From contig NZ_QLVD01000032.1 in assembly GCF_003352835.1 (NCBI RefSeq), positions 123,886 through 155,885 on the forward strand: a stretch of 32,000 nt of DNA, read 5' to 3'. The notes under the pieces were generated by a model, which was not told the DNA's origin, did not search any database, and saw only the letters and a program-made list of their open reading frames with translations. Of this stretch, positions 9,234 to 17,888 are shown piece by piece. The position numbers were made by a program, and so were the translations under genes. The DNA is from Ornithinimicrobium murale (lineage in GTDB: Bacteria; Actinomycetota; Actinomycetes; Actinomycetales; Dermatophilaceae). Position 1 is the stretch's first letter. Every line of letters begins with the position of its first letter.

Positions 9234-9992
9234 ATGTCTGAACAGAACAGGGTCGCCATCGTCACTGGTGGTGCGCGAGGTATCGGAGCGGCCACCGCCA
9301 AGCGCCTGGCCGAGGACGGCCATGCCGTCGCCATCTTCGACCTCAACGAGGCCGATGGCGAGCAGGTCGTCAAGGAGATCACGGACGCTGGCGGCCGTGC
9401 GATCGCGGTGGGTGTGGACGTTGCCGACGCTGAGGCCGTTCAAGCCGGTGTCGACCGCGTGGCCGAGGAGCTCGGACCGCCCGTGGTCCTGGTCAACAAC
9501 GCCGGTGTGCTCCGCGACAACCTGCTGTTCAAGATGTCCGAGGACGACTGGGACACGGTGATGAACGTGCACCTGCGCGGTGCCTTCCTGATGAGCCGGG
9601 CCTGCCAGGCGCACATGACCAAGGAAGGTTTCGGCCGCATCATCAGCATGTCCAGCTCGTCGGCCAAGGGCAACCGTGGTCAGGCCAACTACTCCGCGGC
9701 CAAGGCCGGACTGCAGGGCTTCACCAAGGCGATCGCCCTGGAGCTGGGGAAGTTCGGCGTGACCGCCAACGCGGTGGCCCCGGGCTTCATCCAGACCGAC
9801 ATGACGGCCGCGACGGCCGCACGGGTGGGCGTGCCTTTCGAGCAGATGATTGAGGGCGCCAAGGAGCGCAGCCCCGTCAAGCGCGTCGGCCAGCCGGAGG
9901 ACATCGCCCACACCGTCTCCTACCTGGCATCCGAGGGGTCGGGCTTTGTGACCGGCCAGGTCATCTACGTCAGCGGCAGCCCGCTCGGCTGA
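9234..9992 (+). CDS. 3-oxoacyl-(ACP/CoA) reductase-like SDR (FabG family)
   Basis: VTGGARGIG, NNAG, and YSAAKAG (Y-x3-K), with a FabG-like overall pattern. RBS AAGGAGA lies upstream. Confidence 0.9.
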   Translation: MSEQNRVAIVTGGARGIGAATAKRLAEDGHAVAIFDLNEADGEQVVKEITDAGGRAIAVGVDVADAEAVQAGVDRVAEELGPPVVLVNNAGVLRDNLLFKMSEDDWDTVMNVHLRGAFLMSRACQAHMTKEGFGRIISMSSSSAKGNRGQANYSAAKAGLQGFTKAIALELGKFGVTANAVAPGFIQTDMTAATAARVGVPFEQMIEGAKERSPVKRVGQPEDIAHTVSYLASEGSGFVTGQVIYVSGSPLG

Positions 9993-10020
9993 GCGCGGAC
10001 CAGGAAGAGAGGGCAGAGCA

Positions 10021-11238
10021 GTGGAAGCATGGATTGTCGGCGCCCGCCGGAGCCCGCTGGGCCGGGCCTTCAAGGGCAGCCTCAGGGAGGTTCGGCCGGA
10101 CGATCTGGCCGCACGCGTGATCACCGCGACCGTCGAGGCGACGGAAGGGTTGGCGATGGAGGACCTGGAGGACCTCTATCTGGGGTGCGCCCAGCCCTTC
10201 GGGGAGCACGGGCAGAACCTGGCCCGCGTGGTGTCGGTGCTGATGGGAGCCCAGGGCGCGGGTGGCACCACGGTCAACCGCTACTGCTCCTCCTCGGTGC
10301 AGACCACCCGGATGGCTTTCCACGCGATCCGGTCCGGCGAGGCCCAGGCCCTCATCAGCGCCGGGGTCGAGTGCGTGTCCCGGACCCCGAACTTCCGCGA
10401 GGCGGGCATCGACACCAGGGCCTGGAACAACTCCGCCTTCGCCGCGGCGCAGGCCCGCACGAAGGCGCGCGCCGCCGAGGGAGGCGCGTGGAGCGATCCA
10501 CTCGTTGACGGTGAGCTGCCGGACGTCTACATCGCGATGGGGCAGACCGCCGAGAACGTCGCCGGTCTGTGCGGCGTCTCGCGGGCCGACCAGGACGCGT
10601 GGGCGGCCACGAGCCAGCAGCGCGCAGTGGCCGCGATCGAGGCGGGTCTGTTTGACTCCCAGATCGTGCCGATCGAGCTGGCGGACGGCACCGTCGTCAC
10701 CCGCGACGACGGGCCGCGACCGGGCACTACCGCGGAGAAGCTCGCGACCCTCGACCCTGTCTTCCGGGAGGGTGGCTCGGTCACGGCCGGCAACAGCTGC
10801 CCGCTCAACGACGGCGCGGCTGCCCTGGCGATCACCAGCGACGAGTTCGCTCGGAGCAGGGGCATCAAGCCGCTGGCCCGGATCGTGAGCACGGCGGTGT
10901 CGGCCCTCTCACCGGAGATCATGGGTCTGGGACCGGTCGAGGCTTCCCAACGTGCCCTCGCCCAGGCCGGCATGAGCATCGGCGACATGGACCTCTATGA
11001 GATCAACGAGGCCTTCGCGGCTCAGGTCCTGCCCAGCGCGCAGCAATTGGGCATGGACCTGGACAAGCTCAACGTCCACGGCGGCGGCATCGCCCTCGGC
11101 CACCCGTTCGGCGCGACCGGTGCCCGCATCGCGGGGACGCTGATCGGTGCTCTGGAGGAGCGGGACGGACAGTTCGGGCTGGAGACGATGTGTGTCGGTG
11201 GCGGTCAGGGTATGGCCATGATCATCGAGCGGCTCTGA
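10021..11238 (+). CDS. Acetyl-CoA C-acyltransferase (degradative thiolase, FadA-like)
   Basis: 405 aa with the active-site region NRYCSSSVQT (Cys nucleophile), then NEAFAAQ, then the C-terminal GGGIALGHPFGATGAR…CVGGGQGMA. Confidence 0.92.
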   Translation: MEAWIVGARRSPLGRAFKGSLREVRPDDLAARVITATVEATEGLAMEDLEDLYLGCAQPFGEHGQNLARVVSVLMGAQGAGGTTVNRYCSSSVQTTRMAFHAIRSGEAQALISAGVECVSRTPNFREAGIDTRAWNNSAFAAAQARTKARAAEGGAWSDPLVDGELPDVYIAMGQTAENVAGLCGVSRADQDAWAATSQQRAVAAIEAGLFDSQIVPIELADGTVVTRDDGPRPGTTAEKLATLDPVFREGGSVTAGNSCPLNDGAAALAITSDEFARSRGIKPLARIVSTAVSALSPEIMGLGPVEASQRALAQAGMSIGDMDLYEINEAFAAQVLPSAQQLGMDLDKLNVHGGGIALGHPFGATGARIAGTLIGALEERDGQFGLETMCVGGGQGMAMIIERL

Positions 11239-11339
11239 GGGGCCGATCCCCGAGACCACCTACCTGGCAGGGGACGCCGGCCTCTCGTATGCCGAGGGGC
11301 TGGCGATGAGTTCCGCGCGGGTGGGGAGTCAGATCCGGC

Positions 11340-11981
11340 ATGCGATGTCTCCTCGTTCCCGGCGCCGGGGGCCAGGCGTGGTACTGGCACCGGCTCGTGC
11401 CGCTGCTGCCCGGTGCCGCCGCTGTTGAGCTGCCGGCAGGTGACCCCAACGCGGGCCTGGCGGCCTATGCCGACGCGATCGTCAGCGCCGCAGGTCCCGA
11501 CCCCGGCCCGGTCACCGTGGTCGCGCAGTCGATGGGCGGGCTGTCGGCGCCGCTGGTCTGTGACCGTCTTGACGTGCGTGAGCTCGTGCTGCTGAACGCA
11601 ATGATCCCCAGGCCGGGCGAGACAGGTCACCAGTGGTGGACCGCCACCCGACTGGCGGAGGAGATGATCGAGGAGATGGACCCGCTCCGGCACTTCTTCC
11701 ACGACGTCCCCGAGGACGTCACGCAGGAAGCACTGGCAGCAGGAGAGCCAGCGCAGACTGACCGGCCGTTCGACGAGCCCTGGCCGCTCCCGGCCTGGCC
11801 GGAGGTGCCCACCCGGGTGCTCACCGGCAGCGACGACCGGTTCTTCCCGCCCGCCTTCCAGCGCCGTGTGGCCCGTGAGCGACTCGGGCTCGAGGTTGAA
11901 CTGGTCCCCGGAGGTCACCTGGCCGCGCTCAGCCGGCCGACCGAGCTCGCGGCCGCCCTGCTGCGCACCGTCCAGACCTGA
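11340..11981 (+). CDS. Alpha/beta hydrolase (esterase-like)
   Basis: MRCLLVPGAGGQAWYWHRLVP…, the nucleophile elbow AQSMGG (G/A-x-S-x-G) and a C-terminal …PGGHLAALSRP histidine region. Confidence 0.8.
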   Translation: MRCLLVPGAGGQAWYWHRLVPLLPGAAAVELPAGDPNAGLAAYADAIVSAAGPDPGPVTVVAQSMGGLSAPLVCDRLDVRELVLLNAMIPRPGETGHQWWTATRLAEEMIEEMDPLRHFFHDVPEDVTQEALAAGEPAQTDRPFDEPWPLPAWPEVPTRVLTGSDDRFFPPAFQRRVARERLGLEVELVPGGHLAALSRPTELAAALLRTVQT

Positions 11982-12007
11982 GCGCGACGAGCTGTGGCCC
12001 CGAACGA

Positions 12008-12035
12008 GCCCGCCGACCTATCGCGGTCAGCGGGC
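12008..12035. terminator. Hairpin between convergent hydrolase and peptidase genes
   Basis: GCCCGCCGACC-TATCGC-GGTCAGCGGGC forms an 11-bp stem with one C·A mismatch. There is no U-tract. Confidence 0.3.
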
Positions 12036-12058
12036 CCGTCGTGGGTTGTGCGTTGGGG

Positions 12059-13960
12059 CTAGTGGCGGCCCTGGTCGGCGTTCAGGCTGAAGGTGCCTTT
12101 CACCCCGGTCTCCATGACGCCGGTGTAGTTGGCGAGGTAGGAATCCAGATAGGGCGCGCGATCACCCTGCGTCGGAACGTCATTGCGGGTGTTCTGCAGG
12201 TCGAGCGTCAGCGTTGGTGAGCTGACTGTGATGGTCTGGCCGGAGGGCTGGTCCCGCCAGCCCCACGTGGTGTTCGTGCCTACGCCGACGGCAAGCTGGT
12301 GACCCTCCTGCAGGGTCCAGTCGGTGTCCTTCAGGGTGAAGCTGACCTGCCCGTTGGTGACCACCGACATCTGCTCGTCGAACATGATGGCCGTGCCGTC
12401 CGGTGCGACGTCCCACAGGCGGACCAGCACGTTGCCCACACCCTGCGCCTGGAAGGAGATCTCGGGAGTGCCGGTGATCCGCGTGTCGTGGTTCACCGGT
12501 CGTGACCACGAGTAGTAGCTGTTGTCGTCCTCGGTCACCCGGGGCTTGGGCCCCGTGTCGGAGTTGGCGCCGTGCCGCGCCACCTCCGGCAGCTCCGGAG
12601 CATGCTCCATGTCGTAGACGCCGGTGTCGCTGTGCGGGCCGACGGCCAGTCTGCTCGGGCTCTCGCCGCCATCGTCCACGTAGGACCCCGACTCCAGGCG
12701 TGCCGTGGTGCTTGAGGTGACGACTGGCCAGGTGTCCTGTGCACGCCACTGGCCGAAGTTGTCCTGGATGGCGAACGCCGGGTCCATTACGTTGGGCTCC
12801 ACGTCGCGCAGGTGCTCGTCGTAGAAGCGCATGACCTCCTCGAACCAACCCTCGCGCCCCATGCGGAGGACTCCGTCCCGGCCCCTGTCGTTGCCGCGGA
12901 CGTGCTCGAACGGGCCGAGCCAGCCGCGTTGCTCACCGTCGTGGTTGGCCAGGTACTGCTGCATGTCCTCGGGCTTGGTGTTGGGCTCGAGGAAGCCCTG
13001 TGTGAGGAAGAGCGGGACGGCGGAGCCGTCGGCCATAGCCGCGAGGTTGCGTGCGGACCAGTAGTCGGAATCGGGGTCGGGGTTCTGAGGGTCCGAGAGG
13101 TTGTTCTCCAGGCACTCCGGGTGATTTTCCTCGTAGGCCGCGTTCGCCCGGTAGCGCTCGGTGTCGTCGGCCATCCCGGGGAGGGAGGCGATCGAGTTGT
13201 AGGCGCGAGGAGTGCCGGTGACGTTGGGGCGCGGCACGCCGTTGGAGTAGAGGTAGTTGTACATGTCCCACAGGGGTTCCTGTGCGACCACCGCCCCCAG
13301 ACCCTCCGGTTCGTGGTTGGCCCCGAGGAGGCCGGTGACCGCGTCATACGACTTGCCGTAGAGGCCCACGCGACCGGTGGACCACGGCTGGCTCGCCGCC
13401 CAGTCGACGGCGGCGACGGTGTCCGCCTGCTCTCCGGGACCGGCGAAGTCCAGGCAGCCGGTCGACCCGCCGTAGCCGCGCAGGTCGACCATGACGACGG
13501 TGTAGCCCCGCTCCATCAGCGAGGCGCCGTCGATCAGGTCGTTGAACCGCGCGGAGGGGCCGGTGTGGCTGAAGCCGTCGTTGCCAGTCTGGCCGATGTG
13601 AGCGAAATAGGGGCCGACGGAGAGGATGACCGGCGTCGGCTCGTCGGAGGACAGGTGCGCCGGGCGAAGCACATCGGCGTGCAGCTCGACATCACTACCG
13701 TCCGAGGAGGGGAAGTAGTGCTCGGTCCAAGACGCGCCGACGGGGACGCGGTCGTTCTCCTCGTGGGTGACGCCGTCCGCGACGGAAGCCGGGCCAGACA
13801 GTGGGCCGGTGGAGACGGAGGCCACTGCCGGGGCAGTGACTCCAGACGGGCCGTCGGCCAACGCGGCGAACGGCGCGACGACGAGGCCCGCCGCACAGGC
13901 GAGGGCGAGGGAGGTGCGGCGGGCGCTGGTGGTGCGCGCGCGAGCGGGATGACTGTTCAA
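12059..13960 (-). CDS. Secreted CocE/NonD-family hydrolase (S15 X-Pro dipeptidyl-peptidase-like)
   Basis: 633 aa with an N-terminal signal (…LALACAAGLVVAPFAALADG). An alpha/beta hydrolase core carries the YGKSYDA nucleophile motif. The C-terminal beta-sandwich domain is typical of this family. Confidence 0.85.
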   Translation of the reverse strand: MNSHPARARTTSARRTSLALACAAGLVVAPFAALADGPSGVTAPAVASVSTGPLSGPASVADGVTHEENDRVPVGASWTEHYFPSSDGSDVELHADVLRPAHLSSDEPTPVILSVGPYFAHIGQTGNDGFSHTGPSARFNDLIDGASLMERGYTVVMVDLRGYGGSTGCLDFAGPGEQADTVAAVDWAASQPWSTGRVGLYGKSYDAVTGLLGANHEPEGLGAVVAQEPLWDMYNYLYSNGVPRPNVTGTPRAYNSIASLPGMADDTERYRANAAYEENHPECLENNLSDPQNPDPDSDYWSARNLAAMADGSAVPLFLTQGFLEPNTKPEDMQQYLANHDGEQRGWLGPFEHVRGNDRGRDGVLRMGREGWFEEVMRFYDEHLRDVEPNVMDPAFAIQDNFGQWRAQDTWPVVTSSTTARLESGSYVDDGGESPSRLAVGPHSDTGVYDMEHAPELPEVARHGANSDTGPKPRVTEDDNSYYSWSRPVNHDTRITGTPEISFQAQGVGNVLVRLWDVAPDGTAIMFDEQMSVVTNGQVSFTLKDTDWTLQEGHQLAVGVGTNTTWGWRDQPSGQTITVSSPTLTLDLQNTRNDVPTQGDRAPYLDSYLANYTGVMETGVKGTFSLNADQGRH

Positions 13961-14167
13961 CGGATCCTCCTGGGATCGTGCGCCCGCCGCCGGCCCCTGC
14001 CGTCGGCATCAACTGCCCGAGCGACGGGACGTGGTGGGGACGTCGCCGACGGTGTGCACAGCATGGCGACACCCGCGGCCGATTGACAGGGGTCGCGGCA
14101 AGTCGGACCAAGATTCGACCGCGGCTAGAGATGGTCTTGTCTCTCAGTCGGCCCGGGGCCTCTTGGT

Positions 14168-14638
14168 TCAGAGCGGCCCGAGCACCTCGGTCGGGTCTGC
14201 CTCCAGCCGCAGGCTCTCCAGCACGCTGAGCAACCGCCGTTCCTCGAAACCGAAGTGCGACTCCATGATCGCCCCGATGCCTTCCAGGTGGCGCTCCAGC
14301 TCAGCTCGCGGGGCAGAGCGGTCCACGGCCTCCTGGAGCCCGGCCACCAGATATCCGATCATCGAGTGGTCCTGCTGCAGGGATCGCAGGGTGTCCGCCA
14401 GCTCGGGGTGGGCGGCTGCGATGGCCGGGAACAGCCTGCGGTCCTCGCCCTCGTGGTGGCTGGTCAGGGCGGTGCAGAAACCGTGACAGAACAGCAGCAG
14501 GTCCCGACTCGCCTCACCGGCAGGGGTGCCGGCGGTCAGCGCCTCCCGAGTGACGCGCAGTGCCTCGCGCAGCCGCTCGTGCACGGCCCGCAGCTCTCGA
14601 CTCCAGGCCACAAGCCTGGTCTTCTCGCCCTCAGTCAC
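14168..14638 (-). CDS. Hemerythrin (HHE cation-binding) domain protein
   Basis: 156 aa with spaced His/Glu/Asp ligand candidates (…AVHERL…, FCHGFCTALTSHHEGEDRRLFP, …QQDHSMI…, …MESHFGFEERRLL). GTG start. Confidence 0.7.
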   Translation of the reverse strand: MTEGEKTRLVAWSRELRAVHERLREALRVTREALTAGTPAGEASRDLLLFCHGFCTALTSHHEGEDRRLFPAIAAAHPELADTLRSLQQDHSMIGYLVAGLQEAVDRSAPRAELERHLEGIGAIMESHFGFEERRLLSVLESLRLEADPTEVLGPL

Positions 14639-14756
14639 ACTGGGGGCGAAGGGGTGACGGTGTCATCGTCGCTCCTTCGTGTCCGGCGCCTCCATGCCTG
14701 ACACGGACTGTCAACGACACGCGACGCTGCGGTCACCTTAGCGTGGGCAGCGGTGT

Positions 14757-15311
14757 GTGGTGGGCTCCACGGGGTGCGATCATGCCGGGGTGAGTGAGCC
14801 GATGACTGAACCACCCGCTGATGTCGAGGGCGGCCCCGGGTGGGTGATCGACGGCAGCACCCTGCTGCCGCGCGTCACCGACCTCGTCGCTTTCCGGGAG
14901 GGCATGGCGACCGACCCGCTGGTCGATGCGGTCCAGGCCCTCTGGTCGGGTGACCCGGTGCGCGCCCGCGGGCTGCTGCAGAGCGCCGACCGGACCGTGC
15001 GGGTGCGAGCCCTGCTGGCTGACTGCGCCCGTGACCTTGGGGAGACCAAGACGGCACTGCGGGCGTATGCCGAGTTGCTGGCCGAGTGCACCGGCTCACC
15101 CTGGGAGCCGGTCCTGCGGCAGCACCACGGCAAGGCGCTGCTGGCCGCCGGCCGTCCGGGTGAGGCGCTCCAGGAGTTCGAGGCGGCCCACGCGATGCGG
15201 ATCGCCGCAGGGGCACCAGCCGACCTCATCGCCTCCAGCGTCCAGGCATGCGACCGTGCCCGGCAACTGGTTGAGGCAGGACACCAACCTCCGGGGGCCT
15301 CCCCGCGTTGA
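14757..15311 (+). CDS. Hypothetical helical (TPR-like) protein upstream of the ECF sigma factor; start uncertain (14757, 14790 or 14802)
   Basis: This frame shows high GC3 and a plausible helical-repeat composition (…LRAYAELLAECTG…GKALLAAGRPGEALQEFEAAHAMR…). The antisense 182-aa ORF is S/R/A-rich, so I treat it as a shadow. Confidence 0.6.
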   Translation: MVGSTGCDHAGVSEPMTEPPADVEGGPGWVIDGSTLLPRVTDLVAFREGMATDPLVDAVQALWSGDPVRARGLLQSADRTVRVRALLADCARDLGETKTALRAYAELLAECTGSPWEPVLRQHHGKALLAAGRPGEALQEFEAAHAMRIAAGAPADLIASSVQACDRARQLVEAGHQPPGASPR

Positions 15312-15354
15312 GTCACTAAGACCGTCAATGGGGCGGAGTGCGGGAGGAGGGCGC

Positions 15355-15852
15355 GTGGACGATGAGCAGCGGGAGTTCGAGGCGTGGGCGGTGTCGCGGC
15401 AGCAAGGCTTCCTGCGCTCGGCGATCCTGCTCACCGGAGAGCAGGCCAGTGCCGAAGACCTCGTCCAGGACGCGCTGCTCAAGGTGGCCGACCGGTGGTC
15501 GCGGCTGCGCGCCGAGGCACCCGATGCTTATGCGCGAAGGATCATCTACAACGGCGCCGTCACGTGGTGGCGACGTCGAAAGCGGGAGACGCCCAGCGCC
15601 GAACTACCTGATGCAGGACTGGCTGGTCGGAGCGAAGCCTGGGTGGCCGGGGCCGATGTGCGCGCCGCCCTGCAGGCGTTGACACCGAGGCAGCGTGCGG
15701 TCCTGGTGCTGCGCTACTACGAGGACCAGTCCGAGCAGCAGATCGCAGAGACGCTCGGTGTCTCCACGGGCACGGTCAAGAGCCAGGCGCATGTCGCGAT
15801 GCGCCGGCTCCGCGAGGAGTTCGCGATCGTCAGTGCGGAGGAGGTTCGATGA
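15355..15852 (+). CDS. ECF RNA polymerase sigma factor (actinobacterial SigE-family type)
   Basis: Region 2: EDLVQDALLKVADRWSRL…AYARRIIYNGAVTWWRRR. Region 4: LTPRQRAVLVLRYYEDQSEQQIAETLGVSTGTVKSQAHVAMRRL. I take the GTG start at 15355 after GGGAGGAGG. The tracked ORF from 14926 is an in-frame upstream extension. Confidence 0.9.
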   Translation: MDDEQREFEAWAVSRQQGFLRSAILLTGEQASAEDLVQDALLKVADRWSRLRAEAPDAYARRIIYNGAVTWWRRRKRETPSAELPDAGLAGRSEAWVAGADVRAALQALTPRQRAVLVLRYYEDQSEQQIAETLGVSTGTVKSQAHVAMRRLREEFAIVSAEEVR

Positions 15853-16943
15853 GTGACCTGCGTGAGTTCCTGGACCGTGGCGTCGCGGGCGCCACCGACG
15901 TGAATCTGGTGCAGGGAGTGTGGCGGACGTCCCGTGTGCGGCGCCGGAACCGTCGGCTGGGGGCCGGGGCGGCAGTGGCCGCCGTTGCGGCCGGTGCGGT
16001 CGTGGTGAGTCAGTGGGGTGGGACGGGGCCTTCACCCGAGGATCTCGCCCCGGCCGTCGAGACCACATCGACGGCCCCGGTGGTCGACCAGCTGGTCGCG
16101 AACGAGCGGTTCCTCGACGGGCTGCGGGCCAGCGGGGTGCAGCCCAACTACCGCCCCCTGAAGAGCCCGACCCTGGCCGTCAGCCACGGCGCTGGGCGCG
16201 TCATTGTCGGCGTGGTATCGGACGTCCGGCCGCAGGGAGACGACTTCGTGGTGACGGTGGACGTCCAGCAGACCCTCCCGGACGGCGGCGAGCTCGGCCA
16301 CGTCGACATCCTGCTCGACAGCGGCCCGTTGCACGAGGTGACTCCGGCGCAGGCGGTCGAGGTCGGCGGTCCCATCCTCGTCGTGCTGCGCGACCAGGTG
16401 TCCTCGGAGGGGCGCACCGACCCGATCCGGCCTTACGTCGACGGGTTCTGGCTCGAGGTCCCCGATGGGGTCGGCAACCCCTACGCGGACTATGCGGACA
16501 TGCGCCAGGCCTGGCCGCCGGTCGGCTCGGTCGAGGAACTAGCCACGGTGCTCAGGGAGGCGGAGGTCGCAGCCCGTCCGGAGCAGCCGCCACCGTTGCC
16601 GGTCGAGTGCTCGGCGTCCTGGCAGAACCCGCCGTTCGTCGACGGCGCTGGACTCACGCCAGATGCCCTCAGCACGGCCGACACCATCTTCGCCGAGGCC
16701 GGCAGCTGCGATGAGGAGGCTCTCATCGCGCGGGCGGTCGCCGATGGCACCGACATCTCCATCGGTGAGGGAGATGCACAGGAGCAGCTGGTGACGCCGG
16801 ATCCTGACGGGGCCTACCTCGCCCTCGCAGCTGCCCTGACCACGCAGGCGACCGTCGTGGGCGAGCACTTCGTGTTTGCCCACGACGGCTGGCGCGTGGT
16901 CATCGACAGCAACGGTCGCTGGGTCGAGTTCAGCCGCCACTGA
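15849..16943 (+). CDS. Single-pass membrane protein, candidate anti-sigma factor or partner
   Basis: The start overlaps the sigma stop (ATGA). A short cytoplasmic N terminus is followed by one TM helix (LGAGAAVAAVAAGAVVV) and a roughly 300-aa extracytoplasmic domain with no motif I recognise. Confidence 0.6.
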   Translation: MSDLREFLDRGVAGATDVNLVQGVWRTSRVRRRNRRLGAGAAVAAVAAGAVVVSQWGGTGPSPEDLAPAVETTSTAPVVDQLVANERFLDGLRASGVQPNYRPLKSPTLAVSHGAGRVIVGVVSDVRPQGDDFVVTVDVQQTLPDGGELGHVDILLDSGPLHEVTPAQAVEVGGPILVVLRDQVSSEGRTDPIRPYVDGFWLEVPDGVGNPYADYADMRQAWPPVGSVEELATVLREAEVAARPEQPPPLPVECSASWQNPPFVDGAGLTPDALSTADTIFAEAGSCDEEALIARAVADGTDISIGEGDAQEQLVTPDPDGAYLALAAALTTQATVVGEHFVFAHDGWRVVIDSNGRWVEFSRH

Positions 16944-17028
16944 GCACGCGGCACGTGGTGGTGGCACTCAGTGCGGGGCGGCCGGAGGTGGAGCGCGTCA
17001 GTGGCTCGCGCAGCAGGGTTCAACAGGG

Positions 17029-17421
17029 TTAGGGCAGTGGCGCGAGATCCCCACGCCGCGGCGGCCACTCCAGGTCAACCGAGGGATGGAGCTCACCCTC
17101 GTGCCACAACAGATAGCCCTCGTCCGGTCGCAGAGTGCCCAGATGCTCCTCGAGGTGCACGAGGAACAGGCCCCATCCGGCGGCGATGGGGTCGGTGATG
17201 CCCAGCACGTCCTGCCCGTCCGGAGAGAGCGCGGTGAGCGTCTCGCGCAACTGGTGCGACGTCATCCGGATCTCGAGGTGATGCCGACTCCCCGACTCCT
17301 CCTCGGGCAGATCGACCAGCAGCACTCCCGGCCGTGACTCGACCACGGTGCCCTCGCGAGCCAGTTCGTGCACGAGCAGTTCCCATAGGTGCTGGTCGGT
17401 GCTGCTCACATCGGGCCTCAC
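17029..17421 (-). CDS. Hypothetical protein (130 aa), translationally coupled to the upstream DoxX-like gene
   Basis: GTG start overlaps the upstream stop (GTGA at 17418-17421). Composition looks coding, with no family I recognise. Confidence 0.5.
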   Translation of the reverse strand: MRPDVSSTDQHLWELLVHELAREGTVVESRPGVLLVDLPEEESGSRHHLEIRMTSHQLRETLTALSPDGQDVLGITDPIAAGWGLFLVHLEEHLGTLRPDEGYLLWHEGELHPSVDLEWPPRRGDLAPLP

Positions 17422-17807
17422 GGCCCCGCCTCACGAGCGGCCCAGGCGATCCTGATCAAGGGCACCTGCAGCGGCAGCCGCGCCAGGCTCACCGCGAGGG
17501 AGGCGACCGAGCGGGCGTCACGGCGCCGGGCGGCACGACGGCCCAGATCCAGCGACATCTGGGCGTTGGCCGGCCAGACGGCCGTCAACAAGGCGGCACT
17601 CACCAAGCCCGCTCTCGGGCGGGTGCGGGGATGCAGCAATCCTGCGGCACAGGCAAGCTCGGCCACGCCGGAGAGCAGCACCAGCTCGTGCCTCCGAGCC
17701 CGCAGCGGCCGGGGGATGATCGGCTCGAAGGTCTCCGGGCGCACCAGGTGGATCACGCCGGACACCGCGAACGGCACGATCACCAGGGGCAGGCCTCGGG
17801 GTTCCAT
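17418..17807 (-). CDS. DoxX-like small integral membrane protein
   Basis: MEPRGLPLVIVPFAVSGVIHLVRPETFEPIIPRPL…LLSGVAELACAAGLL…LLTAVWPANAQM resembles the DoxX_2 pattern. I take the start at ATG 17807. The remainder of the 472-aa tracked ORF is antisense to the TetR gene. Confidence 0.6.
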   Translation of the reverse strand: MEPRGLPLVIVPFAVSGVIHLVRPETFEPIIPRPLRARRHELVLLSGVAELACAAGLLHPRTRPRAGLVSAALLTAVWPANAQMSLDLGRRAARRRDARSVASLAVSLARLPLQVPLIRIAWAAREAGP

Positions 17808-17888
17808 AGGTCCATTGTGGGGCCATCCGAGCCGCGCCGGGACTCCGACTGATTGCGAACAGTGCTCTCGGATGTGAGGATCGCGGGC

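Noticed and set aside
12812-14086. 424-aa plus-strand ORF.
   Set aside because: It is antisense to the S15/CocE-NonD hydrolase gene and has a low-complexity G/V/R/A composition.
14926-15354. In-frame upstream extension of the sigma-factor ORF (308 aa).
   Set aside because: The extension overlaps the better-supported 14757-15311 CDS in another frame and is R/P-rich. A GTG at 15355 with a strong GGGAGGAGG RBS gives a normal-length ECF sigma factor.
16944-17028. Possible terminator between the convergent anti-sigma-like gene and the 130-aa gene.
   Set aside because: I found only a weak 7-bp stem (CACTGAG/CTCAGTG) with a loop of about 22 nt. That is not convincing enough to annotate.
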